Part shown: piece by piece, positions 26,401 through 38,400 of the stretch
How positions within the stretch are numbered: position 1 is the first letter of the stretch
Layout: every line of letters begins with the position of its first letter
Assembly (NCBI RefSeq): GCF_030028105.1
Contig: NC_092374.1
Span: 206,354,770-206,418,769 of the forward strand
DNA from: Mobula birostris
Lineage: Eukaryota
Direction: 5' to 3'
Length of the DNA stretch: 64,000 nt
Notes under the pieces: model-generated
Database searches by the model: none
What the model was told of the DNA's origin: nothing
The model's input: the letters and a program-made list of their open reading frames with translations, nothing else
Translations under genes and position numbers: made by a program

Positions 26401-29400
26401 AGAAAAACACCCGCAACATTCCAATCCCCCGGAACATTTTCCTTCCCCGTGGCTGATGCCATGATCATCGCCAGAGGCTCAGCAATCTCCTCCCTCGCTT
26501 CCCAGAGTATCCTGGGGTACATCCCGTCCATCCCGGTGACTTACCCAACTTGATGCTTTCCAAAAGCTCCAGCACATCCACTTCCTTAATATCTACATGC
26601 TCAAGCTTTTCAATCCACTGTTAAGTCACCCCTACAATAAGCTAAGATAATTTTCTGTAGTGAATACTGATGGAACCGTACTGCAGAAATGTGGCAAATG
26701 TTCAAGGATTATTTGCGCGGAGTTCCGCATAGGTACATTCGAATGAGACAGGGAAAGAATGGTAGGGTACAGGACTGTGGTGTACAAATCCTGTTGTAAA
26801 TCTAGTCAAGAAGCCGCGGCAGTGTCTCATGTATCAGATTCTACCACCAGCCCGGCAGTGTCCCATGTATCAGATTCTACCACCAGCCCGGCGGTGTCTC
26901 ATATATCAGACTCTACCACCAGCCCGGCAGTGTCTCATGTATCAGATTCTACCACCAGCCCGGCAGTGTCCCATGTATCAGATTCTACCACCAGCCCGGC
27001 GGTGTCTCATATATCAGACTCTACCACCAGCCCCGGCAGTGTCTCGTGTATCAGACTCTACCACCAGCCCCGGCAATGTCCCATGTATCAGATTCTACCA
27101 CCAGCCCGGCAGTGTCCCATGTATCAGATTCTACCACCAGCCCGGCGGTGTCTCATATATCAGACTCTACCACCAGCCCCGGCAGTGTCTCGTGTATCAG
27201 ACTCTACCACCAGCCCCGGCAATGTCCCATGTATCAGATTCTACCACCAGCCCGGCAGTGTCTCATATATCAGACTCTACCACCAGCCCCGGCAGTGTCT
27301 CGTGTATCAGACTCTACCACCAGCCCCGGCAGTGTCTCGTGTATCAGACTCTACCACCAGCCCCGGCAGTGTCCCATGTATCAGACTCTACCACCAGCCC
27401 GGCAGTGTCTCGTGTATCAGATTCTACCACCAGCCCGGCAGTGTCTCATGTATCAGACTCTACCACCAGCCCCGGCAGTGCATAAAACGCACCCACCACC
27501 ACTCTTTGCCTAAAACACATTTTCCTCCAATCACTTTAAATCTATAACCCCTTCATAGTATCCATTTCTGCCTTGGGGAAAAGTCTCCGGCCGTCTACTC
27601 CCCACCCCTGCTGCTGCCCTTGTCCCGTCCATACCGCTCGCTTCCCAAGCCAGCTTCTGCAGCCACCCACCCGAACCTCTCTTCCCCACACCTCTGGGTG
27701 AAAGTGTTCTGCTACTTGTCATAGTTGTACAGAGTTTCTCTTCTGGGCACCGGGTGGCGGGATAGGGCAGCACAGCTCTCGTTCCTCTGACAATCTCCCA
27801 ATTCAGACATAGCCAAGTCAGCCCACCCTCTGATCCCGTCCTGACGCACCCACATCGCTGTTCCCCCACTCCACCCGTACCCCGGGTCGTGTGTGTGTGA
27901 CCTACCCCTGCCTCTCCTGTTGCCGCCTCACTCTAGTCACGTTGCCGCATATAGACGGTGCCCAACTAAGCCTTTCCATTCCACGCCGTAGACTACGTGT
28001 TGAACAAGAACTTGGGAACCAACGTGACCGGAGCTTTGAAAACCGTCTACGGGATGATGAGTTACGCCAGGACGAACATGAAGGACAGACTGGATGAATG
28101 GATGCAGATCCGCCACGTGATCCTGATCTTCACGGACGGTAGGTCACCGACTAAAGCCGCGGAATACCACTCCCCTCCCCTCAACCCCTACCACACCGCT
28201 CATCCTATACCTAGATGGAATCTCCTTGGTTCCCGGGAATCGTTAACACCTCTGTCGCCTCTGTACTGCCTAAACATTTCGTCATCATATGTACGTCGAG
28301 ACGTGCAATGAAACATGTCATTTCCGTCAACGACCGACACAATTCAAGTGTCGCCATCCCTTCAGTGCTCACAACTTACCGAAACATCTTTGGGATGTGG
28401 GAGGAAAGAGCATCGGAACACCGGAGCACTCGGAACAGATTCGCCCGTCACGGGGAGAATGTACAGGCTCCTTACAGAGAGTGGTGGGAATTGAACCCGT
28501 GTCACTAGAGCTGTAAAGCGGTAGAATAACTGCTATGCCACCATGCCGCCCTGGCACTGTCCATGCCTGTGCCCAGCTGCAGAGCAGATAAAACTGCCCA
28601 GGCGTTGCCTGCATGCAGCAAGACCGGAACAACATTCAAGCAAGGACCCGTTAGTGAGTGACGTACGAACAGGCCCTGATCTCCAACATGTCCTACATTC
28701 TGTATCTATTACAACACAATAATTATACCTGTTAGCAAAGTTCAGCAGCGGATGATCCCGGGAACAAAAGGATTCACATGTGAGAAATGTTTGATGACTC
28801 TGGACAGGGAATGCTGGAGTTTAGAAGAATGACTAGGAAATCCGAATCAAACCTTATTGAATATTGAAAGGCTCTGGTAGACTGGATGTGGAAAGAACAT
28901 TTCCTATAGTGGGGGAGTCTAGGACCAGTGGGCACAGATAGAGTGGGTGTGGAGAGGATGTTTCCCATAGTGGGGGAGTCTAGGACCAGAAGGCATAGAT
29001 AGAGTGGATGTGGAGAGGACGTTTCCTATAGTGGGGGAGTCTAGGACCCGAGAGTACAGATAGAGTGGATGTGCAGAGGATGTTTCTTATAGTGGGAAGT
29101 CTAAGACCAAAGGGCACAGCCTGAGATTAGAGGGACATCCACTTAGAACAGAGATGAGTAGGAATTTCTTTAGCCAAACGGTGGTGAATCTGTAAGATTC
29201 ATTGCCACAGGTGACTGTGGAGGCCAAGCCATTAAGCTGAGGTTGATCGGTTCTTGATGAGTAAGGACATCAAAGCTAATGGGGAGAAGGCAGGGGAATG
29301 GGACTGACCAGGATAATAAATCAGCCATGGTGAAATGGCAGAGGAGACTGGAGGGCCTGAATGGTGTCTTACGTCTTAAGTCTAACGTCTTAAGAGAAAA

Positions 29401-32400
29401 GGCTGGTTACTGGAGCCTTAAGCACAGTCACTTCAGGCCGGTGGGGCCTGTCAGCCATGGCTGGCAGCTCATCTGGAAAGAAAACTCTGATCTCAAACCT
29501 CCGCTGCTTTGCGGCTGTACCCGCTCATGCGGAAGGCTTCAGGAATAAAACTTGAGGAAAGGTCCGGAGTTGGAGTCCCTAAGGCAGTCAGTCCTACGTT
29601 GAGTTTCAACACTAACTGGCAACTCCTGCGAGGCTGGTGCCAAACTATGTCGTTCCTTTGGCCACATTAGCTGCGTGCAGAGGGCAACGTGGGCAACAGC
29701 TTGTTCTCCATATCGTACCACATAAACAGATAGGACTCAGCCCCAAAGAACGGAGGACCTCAGGCATGACGGATCGATCTGCCACTCCCTGTGGCCGAGA
29801 GGTAATGGGTGGTGGTGTTGGAGGTGGGGGGAGGTGGTGAGCGGGGACTGGAGACAGACCGACCTTACCCTTGGTTCCAACAAGCGATCCCGTGTTTTTC
29901 AGGACGGATCAACGTGGGTGGGTTGCCCACACAGGTGCTGAATAACATTCGGAGTTTCCTGGAGATCGAGAATTCTCGGGAGGACTACCTGGGTAAACGG
30001 GCGCTGGCAGAAACTGGGGAGGGTGTCGGGGAACGGGGGGGAATGGTCAAAATAGAGAAGTCAAGCAATTCCAGGCGACACAGACCGAACTGGTATTCGA
30101 CCAAACGTCTAACACAAAACAAGTACAAAGTTCAAAAATAGGCCAAAAAAACATTCGAAAGGACTGCGGCACTGGATTACAAGAGAGGCACACTATCAAC
30201 CTTGGCGCAAAGACTGAGCAGAGAGCAGCACAATTCACACAGCGTAAAAGAACATAGAACAGTACAGCACAGTACAGGCCCTTCGGCCCACAATGTTGTG
30301 CCGACCCTCAAACCCTGCCTCCCATATAAGCCCCCAACTTAAATTCCTCCATATACCTGTCTAGTAGTCTCTTAAACTTCACTAGTGTATCTGCCTCCAC
30401 CACTGACTCAGGCAGTGCATTCCACGCACCAACCACTCTCTGAGTTAAAAACCTTCCTCTCTAATATCCCCCTTGAACTTCCCACCCCTTACCTTAAAGC
30501 CATGTCCCCTTGTATTGAGCAGTGGTGCCCTGGGGAAGAGGAGCTGACTATCCACTCTATCTATTCCTCTTATTACCTTGTACACCTCTATCATGTCTCC
30601 TCTCATCCTCCTTCTCTCCAAAGAGTAAAGCCCCAGCTCCCTTAATCTCTGATCATAATGCATACTTTCTAAACCAGGCAGCATCCTGGTAAATCTCCTC
30701 TGTACCCTTTCCAATGCTTCCACATCCTTCCTATAGAGAGGTGACCAGAACTGGACACAGTACTCCTCCTGATTACACAGAACAACTGGGCACACGGGTA
30801 GTCAGTTCCAACACGAAGAACACGCCAGGCGAGAATGCTCGGAAACAAGACGCGCACTAGTAGGACTGCCTCTAGTGGCCAACCGTGCAATTGACCCCAA
30901 AGTCTTGGCTCGGAATCCCTTTTTGATTTAGAAAAAAATACAAAAGATTATTCGTTCAGAACATCCACACTATAAAACTGTTAACAATTTCAAATTAAAA
31001 TATTGTTACAATCTCCTCAGGGTGGGGGTGGGGTGCTCACCGTCCCTGAAATGCCCCTCTGTACACATGCTCCCTCTCCCAGGGTATCCACGTACGAGCT
31101 GGAAGACGGCTCAGACGGAGCCCCCGACTGCGAGCCGCTTGGGCCGGTGAATGGCCACCTTGGCCAGACCCAGAACAACCCCCTAGTGACACCAGCGCCC
31201 TCGCCCTTGCTCTCCTTGCTGGCTGACAGCAGATCAGGAAGAGGAACCTAAGGTGCAGCCTCTTCAGATACCCATGACTAACCTTGGCGATTGAGATCCG
31301 TGCTCGGCTGTGTGGCGGGATGGGTGGGGTCGGTTCCACTGCACCACATCACTCAGCAAGCCCGGTGTCCTGCAGATGTCTATGTTTTCGGACTCGGTGA
31401 AGAGGCGGACAAGGAGCAGATCAACTCCATTGCGTCCAAGAAGACCGGCGAGAAACACGCCTTCTTCCTGGCAAACGAGGACCTTCACACCGTCTTCAAC
31501 TCTTTGCTGGGTAAGGATGCCTCTCGTTTCTCGTTCGGCGGTCGCGACAGCGCTCACGCTGGTGTCGGGGTTACGGCGCTCAGTTTTCAGGGAGGGGCTC
31601 CCACGGGCCGGGCGTGGGAGCTCCTCCCTGAACTGGCTACTCACATTGCTTCCAAATGTGAGGCGAATGTGAGAGAGACAGCTCTCTCCGCGGGAAACTA
31701 CGCTGCGGGAAGGACGGCGGAGAGGAAGCGCCGCGAGCGAGATGGGCGGTGGAGAGGGAGCGCCTCGCTGTGAGATGGGGATGGAGAGGGAGCGCCTCGC
31801 TGTGAGATGGGGATGGAGAGGGAGCGCCTCGCTGTGAGATGGGCGATGCACGGGGAACGCCGCGTTGCAATGTGCGTGGTGGGGAGGGACCGCCATGCTG
31901 AGATATGGGCGGTGGAGAGGGAGCGCCGCGCTGTGAGATGGGGATGAAGAGGGTGCGCCGCGCTGTTAGATGAGGGTGGAGAGAGATGGGCGGTGGAGAG
32001 ATTGCGCCGCGCTGTGAGATGGGCGGTGGAGAGGGAGCACCGCGCTGTGAGATGGGGATGGAGAGGAAGCGCTGCGCTGTGAGATGTGGATGGAGAGGGA
32101 GTGCCGCGCTTTGAGATGGGGGTGGAGAGATTGCGCCGCGCTGTGAGATGGGGATGGAGAGGGAGCGCCGCGCTGTGAGATGGGGATGGAGAGGGTGCGG
32201 CGCGCTGTGAGATGGGGATGGAGAGGGAGCGCCGCGCTGTGAGATGGGGATGGAGAGGGAACGCCGCGCTGTGAGATGGGGATGGAGAGATTGCGCCGCG
32301 CTGTGAGATGGGGATGGAGAGGGTGCGGCGCGCTGTGAGATGGGCGGTGGAGAGGGAGCGCCGCGCTGTGAGATGGGGATGGAGAGGGAACGACGCGCTG

Positions 32401-35400
32401 TGAGATGGGTGGTGGAGAGGGAGCGCCGCGCTGTGGGATGGGGATGGAGAGGGAACGCCGCGCTGTGAGATGGGGATGGAGAGATTGCGCCGCGCTTTGA
32501 GATGCGGTTGGAGAGATTGCGCCGCGCTGTGAGATGCGGTTGGAGAGATTGCGCCGCGCTGTGAGATGGGGATGGAGAGGGTGCGGCGCGCTGTGAGATG
32601 GGGATGGAGAGGGAGCGCCGCGCTATGAGATGGGAGGTGGAGAGGGTGCGCCGCGCTGTGACATGGGGATGGAGAGGGTGCGGCGCGCTGTGAGATGGGG
32701 ATGGAGAGGGAGCGCCGCGGTGTGAGATGGGGATGGAGAGGGAACGCCGCGCTGTGAGATGGGGATGGAGAGATTGCGCCGCGCTGTGAGATGGGGATGG
32801 AGAGGGTGCGGCGCGCTGTGAGATGGGCGGTGGAGAGGGAGCGCCGCGCTGTGAGATGGGGATGGAGAGGGAACGACGCGCTGTGAGATGGGTGGTGGAG
32901 AGGGAGCGCCGCGCTGTGGGATGGGGATGGAGAGGGAACGCCGCGCTGTGTGATGGGGATGGAGAGATTGCGCCGCGCTGTGAGATGCGGTTGGAGAGAT
33001 TGCGCCGCGCTGTGAGATGCGGTTGGAGAGATTGCGCCGCGCTGTGAGATGGGGATGGAGAGGGTGCGGCGCGCTGTGAGATGGGGATGGAGAGGGAGCG
33101 CCGCGCTATGAGATGGGAGGTGGAGAGGGTGCGCCGCGCTGTGACATGGGAATGGAGAGGGTGCGGCGCGCTGTGAGATGGGGATGGAGAGGGAGAGCCG
33201 CACTGTGAGCTGGGGATGGAGAGGGAGTGCCGCGCTGTGAGATGGGGATGGAGAGGGAGCGCCGCGCTGTGACATGGGGATGGAGAGGGTGCGGCGCGCT
33301 GTGAGATGGGGATGGAGAGATTGCGCCGCGCTGTGAGATGGGGATGGAGAGGGAGAGCCGCGCTGTGACATGGAGATGAGAGGGTGTGGCGCGCTGTGAC
33401 ATGGGGATGGAGAGGGAGCGCCGCGCTGTGAGATGGGGATGGAGAGGGTGCGACGCGCTGTGAGATGGGGATGGAGAGGGTGCGGCGCGCTGTGAGATGG
33501 GCGGTGGAGAGGGAGTGCCGCGCTGTGAGATGGGCGGCGGAGAGGGAGCGCCGCGCTGTGAGATGGGGATGGAGAGATTGCGCCGCGCTGTGAGATGGAG
33601 GTGGAGAGATTGCGCCGCGCTGTGAGATGGGGATGGAGAGGGAGCGCCGCGCTGTGAGATGGGGATGGAGAGGGAGCGCCGCGCTGTGAGATGGGGATGG
33701 AGAGGGTGCGGCGCGCTGTGAGATGGGCGGTGGAGAGGGAGTGCCGCGCCGTGAGATGGGCGGTGGAGAGGGAGAGCCGCGCTGTTTGATGGGCGGTGGC
33801 GAGGGAGCGCCGCGCTGTGAGATGCGGTTGGAGAGATTGCGCCGCGCTGTGAGATGGGGATGGAGAGGGAACGCCGCGCTGTGAGATGGGCGGTGGAGAG
33901 GGAGCGCCGCGCTGTGAGATGGGGATGGAGAGATTGCGCCGCGCTGTGAGATGAGGATGGAGAGGGAACGCCGCGCTGTGAGATGGGCGGTGGAGAGGGA
34001 GCGCCGCGCTGTGAGATGGGGATGGAGAGGGTGCACCGCGCTGTGAGATGGGCGGTGGAGAGGGAACGCCGCGCTGTGAGATGGGCGGTGGAGAGGGAGC
34101 GCCGCGCTGTGAGATGGGGATGGAGAGGGTGCGCCGCGCTGTGAGATGGGGATGGAGAGGGAGCGCCGCGCTATGAGATGGGCGGTGGAGAGGGTGCGCC
34201 GCGCTGTGACATGGGGATGGAGAGCGTGCGGCGCGCTGTGAGATGGGGATGGAGAGGGAGAGCCGCGCTGTGAGATGGGGATGGAGAGGGAGCGCCGCGC
34301 TGTGACATGGGGATGGAGAGGGTGTGGCGCGCTGTGAGATGGGGATGAAGAGGGAGCGCCGCGCTGTGAGAAGGGGATGGAGAGGGAACGCCGCGCTGTG
34401 AGATGGGGATGGAGAGGGTGCGCCGCGCTGTGAGATGGGGATGGAGAGGGAACGCCGCGCTGTGAGATGGGGATGGAGAGAGATGGGCGGTGGAGAGGGA
34501 GCTCAGTGAGATTTCATTCAGTCTCTCCACTTGCAGACCTCTCCTCAGTGGGAAACCTCTGTGGGTTTGCCAACAAGAGTTTAGTTGCCACTGATCAGAG
34601 CTCTTACCCATGGTTCGTCGACATCCTCCATAATCAGAAACCGGTGAGTGTAACTCGTGGATCCCGGGGTCCTCCATCTCGAATTGGCCTGAATCCGGAG
34701 TGAGAGAGGGAGAGAGAGAGACGGGGTGTGCGGAAATTAGGGACAGGATGATTGAGAGAGGTGAGGAGAGGAAGGAAACGAGAAACGGACTCTCTATAAA
34801 TTTCCTTCTCAATCCCATTCTCCCGCCGACGACTGGAGAGTAAATGCGGAGAGTAATTTCCTAGTGCCAGTGTCCACAGCTGGGAGAGACAAGGAATGCA
34901 AGTGTAGGAGTTTTGTGGGGGGGCAGGGTTGGCAATCAGGGAGACATGCAGACGATAGATTGCAGAGAAGAGTAGCGGGAATCTGCAGAGATGGGTAGCG
35001 GGTATCTGTAGAGAAGAGTAGCGGAAATCTGCAGAGAGATGTAGCGGGAATTTCCAGAGACGCAGATCAATAATGTTGCCAGATGCAGTTTCCCAAACGA
35101 GGCCAACAGCTTCCTGCTCTCTAACCCTCTGCCCTCTGACCTTCGCATTTTGACCCACTGCCTTCTGACTCTGACCACAAACTGCTACTCACCGCACTGA
35201 CCCCTTCACACTGGTCCTTGCCACTGACACACCCCCCCACCGTCACCCCTGCACACCGACCTGTGCCCCCTGACCCTCTGTCCTCTGACTGCAGCCTTCT
35301 GACGAATTGTCCTTTGGCCCCGCCCACTGACTCGGTCCCAAGCCCACAAAGACCAGGAGTTCCCTGTCCTGGGGTGTGTGACCTCCCGCTGGGGCGGAGG

Positions 35401-38400
35401 GAGTTTGAATCTTTATACCGTGCCTAACAGGGAGTCCCCAACCCTCTCCACAGAACAGCCGTTGCTCCGGTTCCATCGTGGCACCGCAGTGGATTCTGAC
35501 AGCGGCTCACTGTTTCGGAGATCTGGCGAATGAAGACCCCAGCGACCTGTCCATACGCTTGGGTAAGAAGAGGGAGCGCCTCAAGCCCGTGCTTTAATGA
35601 GCGCATGGGCGGAGTGGGGGGGAGCGTCTCTCTGCGGAGGGATCGCCGAGCCGTGGGAGAGCTGGGGAAGAGGGAGGCCACTGCGGTAGAGGCTGTACCC
35701 AGGGATGGCCACCACGACAGTGAAGACGATTCCGAGGGCGTGTCGTTTTGTGAGAGAGGGTGGGAGGTGCGAGGGAGCGCCGCTTACAGAGGGGGGAGAG
35801 GTGAAGTGAGAGAGAGTGCCACAATGCCGTGCGGGAAGTTCTGAGGGGACATCGCTCAACGAACAGGATGAGAGGTATACTGGGACAGGGGAAGCTGCGA
35901 TGGAGCGCCGCACTAGGGTGGGGAGCCAGTGCCGCTCTCCAGGAACTTCCATGACGTTCAATTCATTGGCGTTATCAGATGGACTGCTCTTGGCCCAGCA
36001 CATAATTGGCATTTCAAAGAAGTTTCTGTAGATTCGGCACGTCATCTAAAACCTTGACAAACTTCTAGCGATGCGAACTGGAGGGTACCTCACGGCCTGG
36101 AATGGAAACACCGAAGCCATTTTGACAGAATGTGGATACTACCCAGTCCATTACAGGCAAAGCCCTTCCCACCATTGCGCACATTTACACGGAGCACTAC
36201 TACAAGAAAGCAATATCTGTCATCAAGGAACCCCACCCTTCAGGCCACGCTCTCGTCTGGGTTACTACCATCGGACAGGAGGTACGGGAGCCTTAGGTTC
36301 CACACTACTCGGTTCAGGAACAATTATTACACCCCACCCATCAGGCTCCTAAAGCAGCGTGGTGCACTCACCTTCAGAACTCTTTGCAAACCATGTTCTC
36401 AGTATTAGTTTTTTTTTTGATTTTGTAGCTTCCTCCTTTTCCACCTTGGTTGCTAGTAAGCTTTTGTTCTTGTGCAGTGTTACTGTACTATTTCTCTATT
36501 GTACTGTGGATGTCTGCAGGAACATGATCTCAGGGCGGTATACTCGGCTAATAAATTTACTTTGACGCTTAGAGTTTGAACACCTTCACAGGAAGCTGAG
36601 CAGGCCAGGCAGCACTTATGGAAAGGTGTAAAGAGGCGACTCGTCGGGCCCAGACTCCTCATGACCTTCTGACTCCCTCCATAATTCCGAGTGCAATTTA
36701 AAAATACAAACACGAGGAATTCTCGTTTTGCTGAAGAGACCCGACGCAGACTGGGAGATCGTTTCGCTGAACACTTAAGCTCGGTCCGCCAGAGAAAGCA
36801 GGATCTCCCAATGGCCGCAGATTTTAATTCCGTGTCCCATTCCCATTCTGATGTGTCTATCCATGGCTTCCTCTACTGTAAAGATGAAGTCACACTCAGG
36901 TTGGAGGAACAACACCTTATATTCCGTCTGGGTAGCCTCCAACCTGATGGCATGAACATTGACTTCTCAAACTTCCGCTAATGCCCCACCTCACCCTCGT
37001 ACCCCATCCGTTATTTATTTATATACGCACATTCTTTTTCTCTCTCCCTCCTTTTTCTCCCTCTGACTATACCCCTTGCCCATCCTCTGGGCTTCCCCCC
37101 CCCCACCTCCCCCTTTTCCTTCTCCCCGGACCTCCTGTCCCATGATCCTCTCATATCCCTTTTGCCAATCACCTGTCCAGCTCTTGGCTCCATCCCTCCC
37201 CCTCCTGTCTTCTCCTATCATTTTGGATCTCCCCCTCCCCCTCCCAATTTCAAATGTCTTACTAACTCTTCCTTCAGTTAGTCCTGACGAAGGGTCTCGG
37301 CCTGAAACGTCGATTGCACCTCTTCCTAGAGATGCTGCCTGGCCTGCTGCATTCACCAGCAACTTTGATGTGTGTTGCTTATTCTGAGTGTGTTGCTTTG
37401 GACTTCCGGCATCTGCAGATTTTCTCGTGTTTCAGAAGAAGCTTTTGGTTCCATTTGCCTTTCTCGTCCCGCAGGAAGTTCTGACAAGATCATACTGAAG
37501 GTCGAGCAAGTAACTGTACATCCGCGGTACAATCTGACCGGGAAGATAGCGAAGAAGATCCGTGAATTCTACGATTATGACGTGGCACTGATCAAGCTAG
37601 CGACAAAGCTGAACTTCACAACGTACATCAGGTACGGGGAACGGGAGCTGACCCTCTCCATATTCCGACCCCATCCCTCTGCTACGCTCCCTGCCTCAGG
37701 GGCACCAGACGCTGCTCCTTCCTAACCTCTGCTCAGGGGCCAAACTCCTGTCTGGCTCATGCAGGGAGTCACACAGAGAGAGCAGACAGACAGACGCACA
37801 GAGAGGCAGACAGACAGACGCACAGAGAGGCAGACAGACAGACGCACAGAGAGAGCAGACAGACAGACGCACAGAGAGGCAGACAGACAGACGCACAGAG
37901 AGGCAGACAGACAGACGCACAGAGAGAGCAGACAGACAGACGCACAGAGAGGCAGACAGACAGACGCACAGAGAGAGCAGACAGACAGACGCACAGAGAG
38001 GCAGACAGACAGACGCACAGAGAGAGCAGACAGACAGACGCACAGAGAGGCAGACAGACAGACGCACAGAGAGAGCAGACAGACAGACGCACAGAGAGGC
38101 AGACAGACAGACGCACAGAGAGAGCAGACAGACAGACGCACAGAGAGGCAGACAGACAGACGCACAGAGAGGCAGACACACACGCGCGGACACGCATCAA
38201 CAGGCATAAAGACATAAACACACAAAACTCACAGACTCAGACACACAGTGCGCAGCACAGACACAAAACACACACACACACACGCTCACACACACACATA
38301 CACGCGAAGACACGAAGAGACACACACAGTCAGACACAGAAGTATATACTGTTCACTTGAACAGACACAGAATGTGTGAAAGACAGACATAGAGAGGAGA

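Noticed and set aside
26759-27547. Mucin-like ([12 protein letters not shown])n ORF and CRISPR-like periodicity
   Set aside because: Tandem repeat derived from CR1; no unique spacers, no cas genes, eukaryotic context
30040-31290. Unexplained non-coding sequence around a CR1 fragment in intron 9
   Set aside because: No recognisable motif or spliceable exon; probably an old repeat that I cannot assign
31637-34036. 799-aa and 557-aa repetitive ORFs
   Set aside because: Translations of the 32-bp intronic minisatellite
35431-35453. Alternative acceptor (taacag) for exon 12
   Set aside because: Out of frame with TAAHC given the phase 0 end of exon 11
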